Shown here in pieces: positions 56,058 through 64,000 of a DNA stretch of 64,000 nt. The position numbers and the translations under genes were made by a program. The DNA comes from Candidatus Omnitrophota bacterium (GTDB lineage: Bacteria > Omnitrophota > Gorgyraeia > Zapsychrales > Zapsychraceae). Each line of letters opens with the position of its first letter. Position 1 is the first letter of the stretch. The notes beneath the pieces are model-generated. The model searched no databases and was not told the origin of the DNA. It saw only the letters and a program-made list of their open reading frames with translations. The stretch is taken from contig JAJDCA010000015.1 of assembly GCA_029261055.1 (NCBI GenBank), positions 83,998 through 147,997 of the forward strand, read 5' to 3'.

Positions 56058-57025
56058 AACAGCCAAAAGAAGAAATAACTTTTCATGATTTATCACCGGA
56101 AAAAGAAATTTTTTTAAACGATGTTTGTGATGGTTTATCTAAACCACAAAAAACATTGCCATGTAAATATTTTTACAATGAAGTCGGCTCTAGATTATTC
56201 AACGCCATTTGTCGGACCGTTGAATATTACCCGACACGGACGGAACTCGGTATTATGAAGACGTACGCCGGTGAAATGGCTGATATGCTAAAGCCAGGCT
56301 GTTTGTTTATTGAATATGGCAGTGGCATCGGTGAAAAGGTTCGGCTTTTGTTGGAGCACCTAAAGGAACTTTCAGGATATGTGCCGATTGATATTTCTAA
56401 AGAGCATCTTAAAGAAGCGGCAGAAGATTTGAACCGCGATTATCCGGATCTTGAAGTTCTGGCGGTGTGCGCTGATTTTACAAAAGAATTTTCAATTCCG
56501 GCTCCACAAAAAAACGTTACACAGAAAGTTATTTATTTTCCAGGATCCACGATTGGAAATTTTCATAAAGAAGCAGCTTGTCATCTTTTGGAAAATATGG
56601 CAAATTCTCTGGAAAGCGGAGACGGTTTATTAATCGGTATTGATTTAAAGAAAAACGAAGAAATATTAATCCAGGCCTACAATGACAATTCAAGCTTTAC
56701 AGAAGCATTTAATCGTAATATCCTGTTACGGATTAATAAAGAATTAGACGGGGATTTTCAATTAGATTGGTTCGATCATGAAGCGTTTTATGAAGAATCA
56801 AAGGGGTGTGTTGAGATGCACTTAGTGAGCCGCCGGGAGCATAAAGTTACCATTCACGGTCAAACATTTCAGTTTTTGAAAGGCGAAAGCATTCACACGG
56901 AATCCTCCCATAAATACACGATTGACGAATTTTCCGCACTGGCAAAACAAGCCAATTTTAATCTGAAAAAATCCTGGATTGATGAAAATGATTTTTTTGG
57001 AGTTTTGTATTTGGAAGTTATCTAA
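56054..57025 (+). CDS. egtD: L-histidine N-alpha-methyltransferase
   Basis: LPCKYFY, EYYPTRTE, EYGSG, FPGSTIGN, IHTESSHKY. ATGA overlap with egtB. Confidence 0.92.
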   Translation: MKQPKEEITFHDLSPEKEIFLNDVCDGLSKPQKTLPCKYFYNEVGSRLFNAICRTVEYYPTRTELGIMKTYAGEMADMLKPGCLFIEYGSGIGEKVRLLLEHLKELSGYVPIDISKEHLKEAAEDLNRDYPDLEVLAVCADFTKEFSIPAPQKNVTQKVIYFPGSTIGNFHKEAACHLLENMANSLESGDGLLIGIDLKKNEEILIQAYNDNSSFTEAFNRNILLRINKELDGDFQLDWFDHEAFYEESKGCVEMHLVSRREHKVTIHGQTFQFLKGESIHTESSHKYTIDEFSALAKQANFNLKKSWIDENDFFGVLYLEVI

Positions 57026-57089
57026 TAGATATCCTATTGTGATGAATTGTCAGACTCATTTATGACATAATTTTAATGAAGGGGTAGGT

Positions 57090-57698
57090 ATGAAATCATT
57101 AAATGATCTTTTTGAAAGAAATGCAGCTTGGGCGGAGGGGATTAAGGAAAAGGATCCTGAGTTTTTTGCGCAGTTATCTAAGCAGCAGGCTCCTGAATAT
57201 CTTTGGATAGGTTGTTCAGACAGCCGTGTTCCTGCAAACCAGATAGTCAATTTGCGGCCCGGTGAAATTTTTGTTCATCGTAATATTGCCAATGTTGTTG
57301 TCCCTACAGATTTGAATTGTCTTTCTGTCGTACAATACGCTGTTGAGGTGCTTAAGGTGAAGCATATTATTGTCTGTGGTCATTATGGATGTGGCGGCAT
57401 AAAGGCGGCTTTAGATGATCAAGATCATGGTCTTATGGATGGTTGGCTTCAGCACATTAAAGGTGTCCGTCAGATTCATGCCGAGAAATTAAAGGATTTG
57501 GAGCTTGATCAAAAGCATGATTTGCTCTGCGAGTTAAATGTCATAGAGCAGGTTAAAAATGTGTGTAATACAACGATTGTACAAAATGCCTGGAAAGCAG
57601 GATCAGAACTCTTCGTTCATGGATGGATTTACGACATTCAAAACGGGATTCTAAAAAATTTGGATGCAGACAATACATCAAATGGGGAGAAGAAATGA
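57090..57698 (+). CDS. can: Beta-class carbonic anhydrase
   Basis: GCSDSR, HRNIAN, GHYGCGG. Confidence 0.95.
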   Translation: MKSLNDLFERNAAWAEGIKEKDPEFFAQLSKQQAPEYLWIGCSDSRVPANQIVNLRPGEIFVHRNIANVVVPTDLNCLSVVQYAVEVLKVKHIIVCGHYGCGGIKAALDDQDHGLMDGWLQHIKGVRQIHAEKLKDLELDQKHDLLCELNVIEQVKNVCNTTIVQNAWKAGSELFVHGWIYDIQNGILKNLDADNTSNGEKK

Positions 57699-58294
57699 GT
57701 GACGAACAAGAAGTAGATTATGGGCCGTTGAAGGCATTAATAGGTGTTTGGAAAGGGGACAAAGGGCTTGATGTTGCGCCGGAACCGGATGGGGCTGAAA
57801 ATAATCCTTATTACGAAACGATTATTTTTACAGCGGTTGGTGACGTAAGCAATGCGGAAACGCAAGTTTTATCCGTTGTGCGTTACCATCAGGTTGTTCA
57901 GCGTGTGTCCAATAATAAAGTGTTTCACGATCAAACAGGATATTGGATGTGGGATCCAAAGGCAGAAACAGTGATGCATTCTCTGGTTATTCCACGCGCT
58001 GTATGTGTGCTCGCCGGAGGGGAATACAAAGGACAAAAAGACGCAGAAGGAAATGTGGTCTTAGATGTTTCAGCTAAAATGAATGATGAGAATTGGGGCA
58101 TAATTCAATCTCCTTTCATGAAAAAGAATGCCTGCACGACTGAATTTCGCCAGCAAATGACAATATCCAACGAAGCATTATCCTATGCACAAACCATAGT
58201 GGTTGAAATTTATGGAAAAACTTTTGAACACACAGATCAAAATAAGTTGATACTTCAGAAATCATATGCCGAAAATATTACAACAACTTCCTGA
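57695..58294 (+). CDS. Nitrobindin/THAP4-like (DUF1794) beta-barrel protein
   Basis: GPL..LIGVWKG..G, Y.E.I.F, H..TGYW.W. Start re-called to ATG 57695 (ATGA overlap). Confidence 0.75.
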   Translation: MSDEQEVDYGPLKALIGVWKGDKGLDVAPEPDGAENNPYYETIIFTAVGDVSNAETQVLSVVRYHQVVQRVSNNKVFHDQTGYWMWDPKAETVMHSLVIPRAVCVLAGGEYKGQKDAEGNVVLDVSAKMNDENWGIIQSPFMKKNACTTEFRQQMTISNEALSYAQTIVVEIYGKTFEHTDQNKLILQKSYAENITTTS

Positions 58295-59402
58295 AGATTT
58301 TCTGGAACCTGTCGGTTCCGGGGAATGTTCCATTTCGTCTCCGACGCAGCTTTCTGTTGAGAATTCGTTGGATGAAATATTTGTCTTTGCGCGTCAACAG
58401 CAGGCGTCAGATATTCATATTTCTGCGAATAATCCGATTATTTTACGGAAATTTTCTAAACTTATTCCAGTTACTGAAGCAAAAATTTCCAAAGAACGTA
58501 TTCAAAAAATTATTGAAGAGGGAGTCGGTCAAAAATTATTGTCTGAATTTCTTGAATGCGGCGATTTAGAATTTGTTCATTCGATTAATGGGGCAGGGCG
58601 GTATCGGGTTACGCTCATGAAGCAGCGCTTTGGATGGGATTTAACAGCCCGTGTCATTGCACAATCGATCCGTTCTTTTGAGGATTCCGGTATGCCAGCT
58701 TCTTGTCAAGGCCTTACGAAATGGGCGCAAGGACTTGTGTTAGTGACGGGTCCGGCAGGGTGTGGCAAGACAAGCTCGCTGGCAACGCTCGTCGAACTCA
58801 TCAATGCCACCCGTAATGAACACATTATTACTATTGAAAATCCTATTGAGATGATTTATGAATCTCAAAAGTGTCAGATCACTCAACGGCAAATTGATCG
58901 GCATACGCTCTCCCAGGAAAATGCTTTAAAGGCTGCTTTGCGTGAAGATCCGGATATTTTGGTCATTAGTGAATTGCGTGATTTAGCAAGTATTCAGCTA
59001 GCCGTCACTGCGGCTGAAACAGGTCATCTCGTATTCGGTACGATGAATACGAATAATGCATCACAAACAATTTCTCGTCTTATTGATTCTTTTCCTCCGG
59101 ACGAACAAGCCGTTATTCAGAATATGATTTCTGAATCTCTTAGAGGGGTTATTTGTCAGCAACTTATTCCTAAGAAAGATGGATCAGGGGTTGTTCCAGC
59201 TTTTGAAATTCTTGTTGTCAACATGGCGGTGGCTAATATGATCCGTCTAAAAAATATTCAAAACATTAACAATCTGATTGCCACTGGAAAGAATGACGGC
59301 ATGGTTCTCATTGATGCTTCATTAAGCGAGCTTGTCAACCAAGGCATCATCGATAAAGAAGAAGCCCGTCAAAGGGCCATTAATCCAAAATTATTTAGTT
59401 AG
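58266..59402 (+). CDS. PilT/PilU family ATPase, divergent
   Basis: ASDIHI, GPAGCGKT, TIENPIE, REDPD..ISELRD, GHLVFGTMNT. Confidence 0.88.
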   Translation: MPKILQQLPEDFLEPVGSGECSISSPTQLSVENSLDEIFVFARQQQASDIHISANNPIILRKFSKLIPVTEAKISKERIQKIIEEGVGQKLLSEFLECGDLEFVHSINGAGRYRVTLMKQRFGWDLTARVIAQSIRSFEDSGMPASCQGLTKWAQGLVLVTGPAGCGKTSSLATLVELINATRNEHIITIENPIEMIYESQKCQITQRQIDRHTLSQENALKAALREDPDILVISELRDLASIQLAVTAAETGHLVFGTMNTNNASQTISRLIDSFPPDEQAVIQNMISESLRGVICQQLIPKKDGSGVVPAFEILVVNMAVANMIRLKNIQNINNLIATGKNDGMVLIDASLSELVNQGIIDKEEARQRAINPKLFS

Positions 59403-59407
59403 AAATC

Positions 59408-60454
59408 ATGGCACAAATCGACGCCCTTTTCCAAAAACTCATTGAATGCGAAGGTTCCGACCTTCATCTTAAACAAGGCCAGAAACCCAAGATGCGTCGT
59501 CATGGTCATCTGGAAGAATTAGATGGGCATGATTCATTATCTCAAGATCATTTGGTCGGTTTGCTTAAAGAAATGGCGAGTGAAGAGGGCTGGAAAGAAT
59601 TTGAACAAAAGGGAGATTTGGATTTTGCTTATTCTCTGGGAGAGACCGCCCGTTTTCGCGCGAATTTCTTTCGTCACTATTTTGGATTCGGCGCGATTTT
59701 TCGACATATTCCCTCAAAAATTTTGTCTTTAGATGAATTGGAAGCTCCAGAGGTTCTCAACAAGCTTGCGGAGCTATCTTCCGGGCTTGTCCTCGTCACT
59801 GGACCAACAGGAAGTGGGAAATCGACCACGTTAGCCAGTATGATTGATCATATTAATGCGACATTATCCAAAAAAATTGTCACCATTGAAGAGCCTGTTG
59901 AATTTACGCATACACCCAAAAAGTCGATCATTACGCATCGCGAGGTTGGATTAGACACCGTCTCATTTGCCAGTGGTTTACGTAATGCGATTAAGAGTGA
60001 TGTGGATGTGATTCTTGTCGGTGAAATGCGTGACCGGGAAACGATTGAATTAGCTCTTACAGCTTCTGAGATGGGCATCTTGGTTTTTGGAACCTTGCAT
60101 ACCAATTCAGCGTCTAAAACCATCGACAGGATTATTGACGTCTTTCCGGCGGCCAAAAAGAATCAAATCCGCATGATTTTAGCCAACGCGCTTCAAGGTG
60201 TCGTGGCCCAACAATTATTACGTAGCGCAGATGGTCAAAGACGCTGGGCCGCCCATGAAATTTTGCTAAAAACTCCAGCCCTCACGCCCATCATCCAAAC
60301 TGGGGAAACAATGAAGCTTACCTCAGAAATCCAGCTTAATGGCCAAATCGGCATGGTTCTCATGGACGCCTGCCTCCAGCAACTTGTGGCAAATGGCAAA
60401 GTCAGCCAAGAAGAAGCCTACAAAAAAGCTTTGGATAAAGAGAGCTTTGCGTAA
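59408..60454 (+). CDS. pilT: PilT family type IV pilus retraction ATPase
   Basis: GSDLHL, GPTGSGKSTT, TIEEPVE, VGEMRD, GTLHT. Confidence 0.88.
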   Translation: MAQIDALFQKLIECEGSDLHLKQGQKPKMRRHGHLEELDGHDSLSQDHLVGLLKEMASEEGWKEFEQKGDLDFAYSLGETARFRANFFRHYFGFGAIFRHIPSKILSLDELEAPEVLNKLAELSSGLVLVTGPTGSGKSTTLASMIDHINATLSKKIVTIEEPVEFTHTPKKSIITHREVGLDTVSFASGLRNAIKSDVDVILVGEMRDRETIELALTASEMGILVFGTLHTNSASKTIDRIIDVFPAAKKNQIRMILANALQGVVAQQLLRSADGQRRWAAHEILLKTPALTPIIQTGETMKLTSEIQLNGQIGMVLMDACLQQLVANGKVSQEEAYKKALDKESFA

Positions 60455-60471
60455 TCTGTTTTAAAAATCCA

Positions 60472-60500
60472 TTGATTCCGCTTAGAGGGTGTGTTATGAT
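60472..60500 (+). promoter_or_regulatory. Putative sigma70 promoter of the tRNA
   Basis: TTGATT-N17-TATGAT with a TG extension. Confidence 0.55.
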
Positions 60501-60528
60501 TTTGCCGATTTTTAAGAGACACCCCGGA

Positions 60529-60610
60529 CCATCCTACTTCGCTCCAAAATTTTCGTCCTTCAGCTCGCTTCGCTCGCTTAGGACTTCATTTGGGAGCTTC
60601 GTAGGATTGG
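60529..60610. repeat. Bulged palindromic element in the tRNA leader
   Basis: atcctac/gtaggat, gctcc/ggagc and gtcct/aggac stems with ttc/tc bulges; apex gcttcgc. Confidence 0.65.
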
Positions 60611-60647
60611 CCCAAAATTTTTCTAAATAAAATAATATTGTCATTTT

Positions 60648-60720
60648 GGGCCATTAGCTCATCTGGTAGAGCAGCTGACTCTTAATCAGCGGGCGGTAGG
60701 TTCGAGTCCTGCATGGCCCA
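60648..60720 (+). tRNA. tRNA-Lys (CTT), CCA not encoded
   Basis: Acceptor gggccat/atggccc; D-arm gctc/gagc; anticodon stem gctga/tcagc with loop ctCTTaa; T-loop ttcgagt. Confidence 0.96.
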
Positions 60721-60806
60721 TTAGTTTTTTGCTCCGCAAAAAACAAAGTCTGTCACGCAATGTTTTAATGCGTGATAGACCAATACTTTGCGAAGAAAAA
60801 ACTAAA

Positions 60807-60852
60807 GGTGTTGTCCCGATGTTTTTACGGGACTACACCCTAGTTTTTTTTA
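60807..60852 (+). terminator. Terminator-like hairpin downstream of the tRNA
   Basis: ggtgttgtcccg/cgggactacacc followed by a T run. Confidence 0.55.
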
Positions 60853-60886
60853 TTCAACCCTCAACCAAACAACCCCAAGGAGAAAC

Positions 60887-61711
60887 GTGTCTACTCAAAA
60901 TATTGATATTGAAAAGCTCAAGTTGCAAGCCCTCCAAAACCGTAAAGACATTTTAGAAACTATTAACGCTGCAGGATCTGGACATCCAGGGGGGTCGCTT
61001 TCGGCTGTTGAAATTCTTTTAAGTCTTTACAGTTACAAGATGAATCACAAGCCGGATGATCCTACGTGGGAAGATCGTGATCGTCTCATTGTTTCAAAAG
61101 GGCACGTTTCACCGGTGGTTTATGTGACGCTGGCCAATGCAGGATATTTTCCTAAAGAAGAATTAAAAACATTTCGTAAATTTCAAAGTCGTTTGCAAGG
61201 ACATGTGCACACGAAAGTGCCTGGGATTGAATTTAATACCGGTTCTTTAGGTCATGGCCTTTCCGTGGCTAATGGCATTGGCCTTGGCGCCAGGATGGCC
61301 AAGAAAAATTTTAATACGTATTGCTTGATGGGTGATGGGGAGATTCAGGAAGGATCTGTTTGGGAGGCGGCTATGACCTCGACGCATCAGAAAATTAACA
61401 ATGTATGCGCCATCGTAGATTACAACAAAGTGCAGGAAAATGGTCCGGTCAGTGAGATTAAAGGGTTAGAACCTCTTGCAGATAAATGGAAAAGTTTTGG
61501 ATGGCATGTTGAGGAAATTATTGGTCACAATTTTAAGCAGCTCATTGCGGCTTTGGATAAATTTGACACGGTCAAAGATAAACCCTTTGTCATTATTGCC
61601 CACACGATTAAAGGAAAGGGCATTTCATTTATGGAAGGCGAAAAAGGATGGCACGGTAAGGCGCCGAATGATGAGCAATTACAAGAAGCTTTAGCGGAAC
61701 TAAATTCTTAA
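60887..61711 (+). CDS. Transketolase, N-terminal subunit
   Basis: GHPGGSLS, SKGH, TGSLGHG, GDGEIQEG, KGKG, WHG. Confidence 0.95.
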   Translation: MSTQNIDIEKLKLQALQNRKDILETINAAGSGHPGGSLSAVEILLSLYSYKMNHKPDDPTWEDRDRLIVSKGHVSPVVYVTLANAGYFPKEELKTFRKFQSRLQGHVHTKVPGIEFNTGSLGHGLSVANGIGLGARMAKKNFNTYCLMGDGEIQEGSVWEAAMTSTHQKINNVCAIVDYNKVQENGPVSEIKGLEPLADKWKSFGWHVEEIIGHNFKQLIAALDKFDTVKDKPFVIIAHTIKGKGISFMEGEKGWHGKAPNDEQLQEALAELNS

Positions 61712-61721
61712 GGAGATAAAT

Positions 61722-62693
61722 ATGAGTAAGAAAATTCCTACCCGCGATGGGTTTGGTAAAGAATTGGTGGAAGTCGGCAAGGTTAATGACAAGGTCGTGG
61801 TGGTTTCGGCGGATTTGGAAGATGCCACACGGGCGGAATATTTTCGTGATGCGCATCCGGAGCGATTTTTTACGGTCGGGATTGCTGAACAGGATATGGT
61901 AGGGACAGCTGCGGGGTTGGCTTTAGTTGGATTTGTGCCCTTTATTAATTCCTTTGCCGTTTTTATGACCAACCGTGCGTATGACATGCTGCGGTTAGAC
62001 CTTTGTTACAATAACACGAACGTTAAAGTGATTTGTTCTCATGCCGGTGTCACGGTTGGACCGGACGGCGCCACGGCGCAATGTCTGGAAGATTACGCCA
62101 TCATGCGAGTGTTGCCGAACATGAAAGTGGTTTGTCCGGTGGATGATTTTGAAGCACGAAAAGCTACGCGTCTATTTGCTGAAGAATTTGGTCCGATGTA
62201 CATGCGTACCAGCCGAGCGCCGATGCCGGTACTAACGAAAGAAGATGATCCTTTTGTGATTGGAAAGGCGAATGTCATGCGTGAAGGAAAAGATGTCACC
62301 ATCATTGCCTGCGGTGTCATGGTGTCCGAGGCTCTTGCGGCCGCTGAAATGTTAAAGAAAGACAATATTGAAGCGAAGGTGGTTAATATGCACACCATTA
62401 AGCCTATTGATCAGGAGTGTATTATTGCTTCTGCTAAAGAAACTGGAGCTATTGTAACGGCGGAAGAGCATCAAATTAATGGTGGCTTGGGTAGTGCCGT
62501 GGCTGAAGTCGTCGTGAAAGAATGTCCTGTGCCGATGGAAATGGTAGCTGTTGCGGATACCTTTGGCCAATCGGGTTCTCCGGATGAATTGCTTGCAGAA
62601 TATCATTTAAAAGATGTCGATATTGCGGCGGCTGTCCGTAAGGTTGTTAAAAGAAAAGAGGGATCTAAAAAAGAGGAGACTGTAAACACATGA
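61722..62693 (+). CDS. Transketolase, C-terminal subunit
   Basis: GIAEQ, GPDGAT, TIKPID, EEH..GGLG. Confidence 0.95.
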   Translation: MSKKIPTRDGFGKELVEVGKVNDKVVVVSADLEDATRAEYFRDAHPERFFTVGIAEQDMVGTAAGLALVGFVPFINSFAVFMTNRAYDMLRLDLCYNNTNVKVICSHAGVTVGPDGATAQCLEDYAIMRVLPNMKVVCPVDDFEARKATRLFAEEFGPMYMRTSRAPMPVLTKEDDPFVIGKANVMREGKDVTIIACGVMVSEALAAAEMLKKDNIEAKVVNMHTIKPIDQECIIASAKETGAIVTAEEHQINGGLGSAVAEVVVKECPVPMEMVAVADTFGQSGSPDELLAEYHLKDVDIAAAVRKVVKRKEGSKKEETVNT

Positions 62694-63823
62694 CACAATC
62701 CAGAATGCAAGAATTAGCGGAATTCGGACAGAGTATTTGGTTAGATTACATTGACCGACCATTATTAGAGACGGGAAAATTAAAAAATCTTATTGCGCAA
62801 GGCTTGCGTGGAATGACGTCTAATCCTTCAATATTTAATCAAGCCATTGGCTCCGGTAGCGATTACGATCAGAAAATTAGTCGATTGGCGTCTGAAGGAA
62901 AATCGACATTTGAAATCTACGACGAATTAACCATTCAAGATATTCAAGAAGCCGCTGATCAGTTTAAAGATGTGTTCGAACATACTAAGGGGCTGGATGG
63001 GTATGTGAGTCTTGAAATTAATCCTAAAATTGCGCATGAAATTGATCAGCAAATTCAGGAAGGTTTACGGTTAGATAAAAAAGTTAATCGTCCAAATGTC
63101 ATGATCAAAGTACCTTCGACAGAGGCCGGGTTAAAGGTTATTGAAGAGTTAACCGCTAAAGGTGTTAATGTGAATGCAACACTTATTTTTTCACAGTCCC
63201 AATATGAAAATGTCGCGAAGGCGTATTTAAAAGGGTTAAGCCGTTTGTCGGAATCTACAGCCGATTTGAGTAATGTGCGTTCTGTGGCTAGTGTTTTTAT
63301 TAGTCGTATTGATACAGCTGTGGATAATTTGATTGATGAAAAATTGGCGCAGGCAAAGGATGAAGTTCAGACGGCCCAGTTGCAGGCTTTAAAGGGAAGG
63401 GCTGCAGTGGCCAATTCACGGATTATTTTTGAGAAATTTAAAGGGCTTTTGATTACAGAGCAGGCCAAACAACTGACTACTCAAAATGCTAACGCTCAAC
63501 GCGTTTTGTGGGCCTCTACGGGAACAAAAAATTCAAGTTACAGCGATGTGAAATATGTTACAGAATTGATTACAGCTCCGACGGTGAATACCCTTCCGGA
63601 AAAAACGCTTAATGCTTTCTGTGATCACGGCAAGGTAGGAGAGGCGTTTGAGGCTGATGCCACAGAAGCCACGGAAATTATTGCTTCATTAAAAGCGTGG
63701 GATATTGACACGGATGCTATTTGTCAAGATCTCTTGGATCAAGGCGTGAAGGCCTTCGAAGATGCTTTTGATCAGTTATTTGCTTCGATTGAAGATAAGG
63801 TAAAAGTTTTGACGAGTGTCTGA
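62690..63823 (+). CDS. tal: Transaldolase
   Basis: WLDY, TSNPSIF, VSLE, MIKVP, NATLIFS, RVLWAST. Confidence 0.95.
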   Translation: MTQSRMQELAEFGQSIWLDYIDRPLLETGKLKNLIAQGLRGMTSNPSIFNQAIGSGSDYDQKISRLASEGKSTFEIYDELTIQDIQEAADQFKDVFEHTKGLDGYVSLEINPKIAHEIDQQIQEGLRLDKKVNRPNVMIKVPSTEAGLKVIEELTAKGVNVNATLIFSQSQYENVAKAYLKGLSRLSESTADLSNVRSVASVFISRIDTAVDNLIDEKLAQAKDEVQTAQLQALKGRAAVANSRIIFEKFKGLLITEQAKQLTTQNANAQRVLWASTGTKNSSYSDVKYVTELITAPTVNTLPEKTLNAFCDHGKVGEAFEADATEATEIIASLKAWDIDTDAICQDLLDQGVKAFEDAFDQLFASIEDKVKVLTSV

Positions 63824-63828
63824 TATTT

Positions 63829-63906
63829 AAAGTGATCAGTGGTCAGTGGTCAGAAAATGTGAAAAGGCAGATTGCTGATCACTGAAACCTGACCACTGAC
63901 CACTTT
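63829..63906. repeat. Inverted arrays of heptamer repeats
   Basis: agtgatc-agtggtc-agtggtc-ag versus ctgatca-ctgaaac-ctgacca-ctgacca-ct. Confidence 0.75.
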
Positions 63907-63934
63907 TAAATTTCTAAGAAAATCGAGGTTTCAC

Positions 63935-64000
63935 GTGTTGCACACCACCGGTTACATTCAACCTAAAATACTTAAAGAATTGTGGTTTCATACAGGGTCG
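63935..64000 (+). CDS. Start of a gene running off the window (possibly radical SAM)
   Basis: gaggt RBS and GTG start; MLHTTGYIQPKILKELWFHTGS resembles sequence that precedes a CxxxCxxC motif, which is not visible here. Confidence 0.45.
   Translation, partial: MLHTTGYIQPKILKELWFHTGS

Noticed and set aside
60648-60720. tRNA as the attachment site of an integrated island
   Set aside because: No integrase and no duplicated tRNA 3' end seen; flanking genes are housekeeping.
60729-60956. 75-aa ORF after the tRNA
   Set aside because: Runs through hairpins, overlaps transketolase out of frame, and has no RBS.
1223-62606. Numerous 60-150 aa ORFs antisense to or nested in long genes
   Set aside because: Shadow ORFs of well-supported CDSs with no recognisable motifs.

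Overview
A gene-dense, AT-rich bacterial window with almost all genes on the + strand, from a diderm (Mla/MCE, RND-OMF and lipoproteins are present). From recall, not a database search, two genes (3..2636 and 12490..14739) resemble the large modular 'GGIDxN' proteins typical of Ca. Omnitrophota. Gene content, in order: BrnT/BrnA toxin-antitoxin; LplT-Aas lipid recycling; an ECF sigma with a zinc-finger anti-sigma; MlaEFD-PqiC; a sugar cluster (glucose dehydrogenase, GH15, aquaporin, internally deleted GMC oxidoreductase, GH63-like, GH13); redox and central-metabolism genes; a TetR-MFP-RND efflux operon whose RND is fused to its outer-membrane factor; two Rieske-fused enzymes; egtB/egtD; two divergent PilT ATPases; tRNA-Lys(CTT); split transketolase and transaldolase. 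Most notable observations: (1) an apparent polymorphic exported-protein system with conserved ends, AT-rich cargo modules and D-x-A-[MLS]-[MLK] boundary motifs; (2) a GTAG-type REP doublet translated in frame inside one such gene, at a sharp G/C skew flip; (3) a single-ORF RND-OMF polyprotein with an internal lipobox; (4) a TGTAAG-N16-CGWC motif found three times in intergenic DNA, a candidate ECF regulon; (5) several families of MITEs and nested palindromic elements with compensatory base changes but no transposase in the window. No CRISPR array, rRNA, reverse transcriptase or integrase was seen. Product calls come from motif recognition only.
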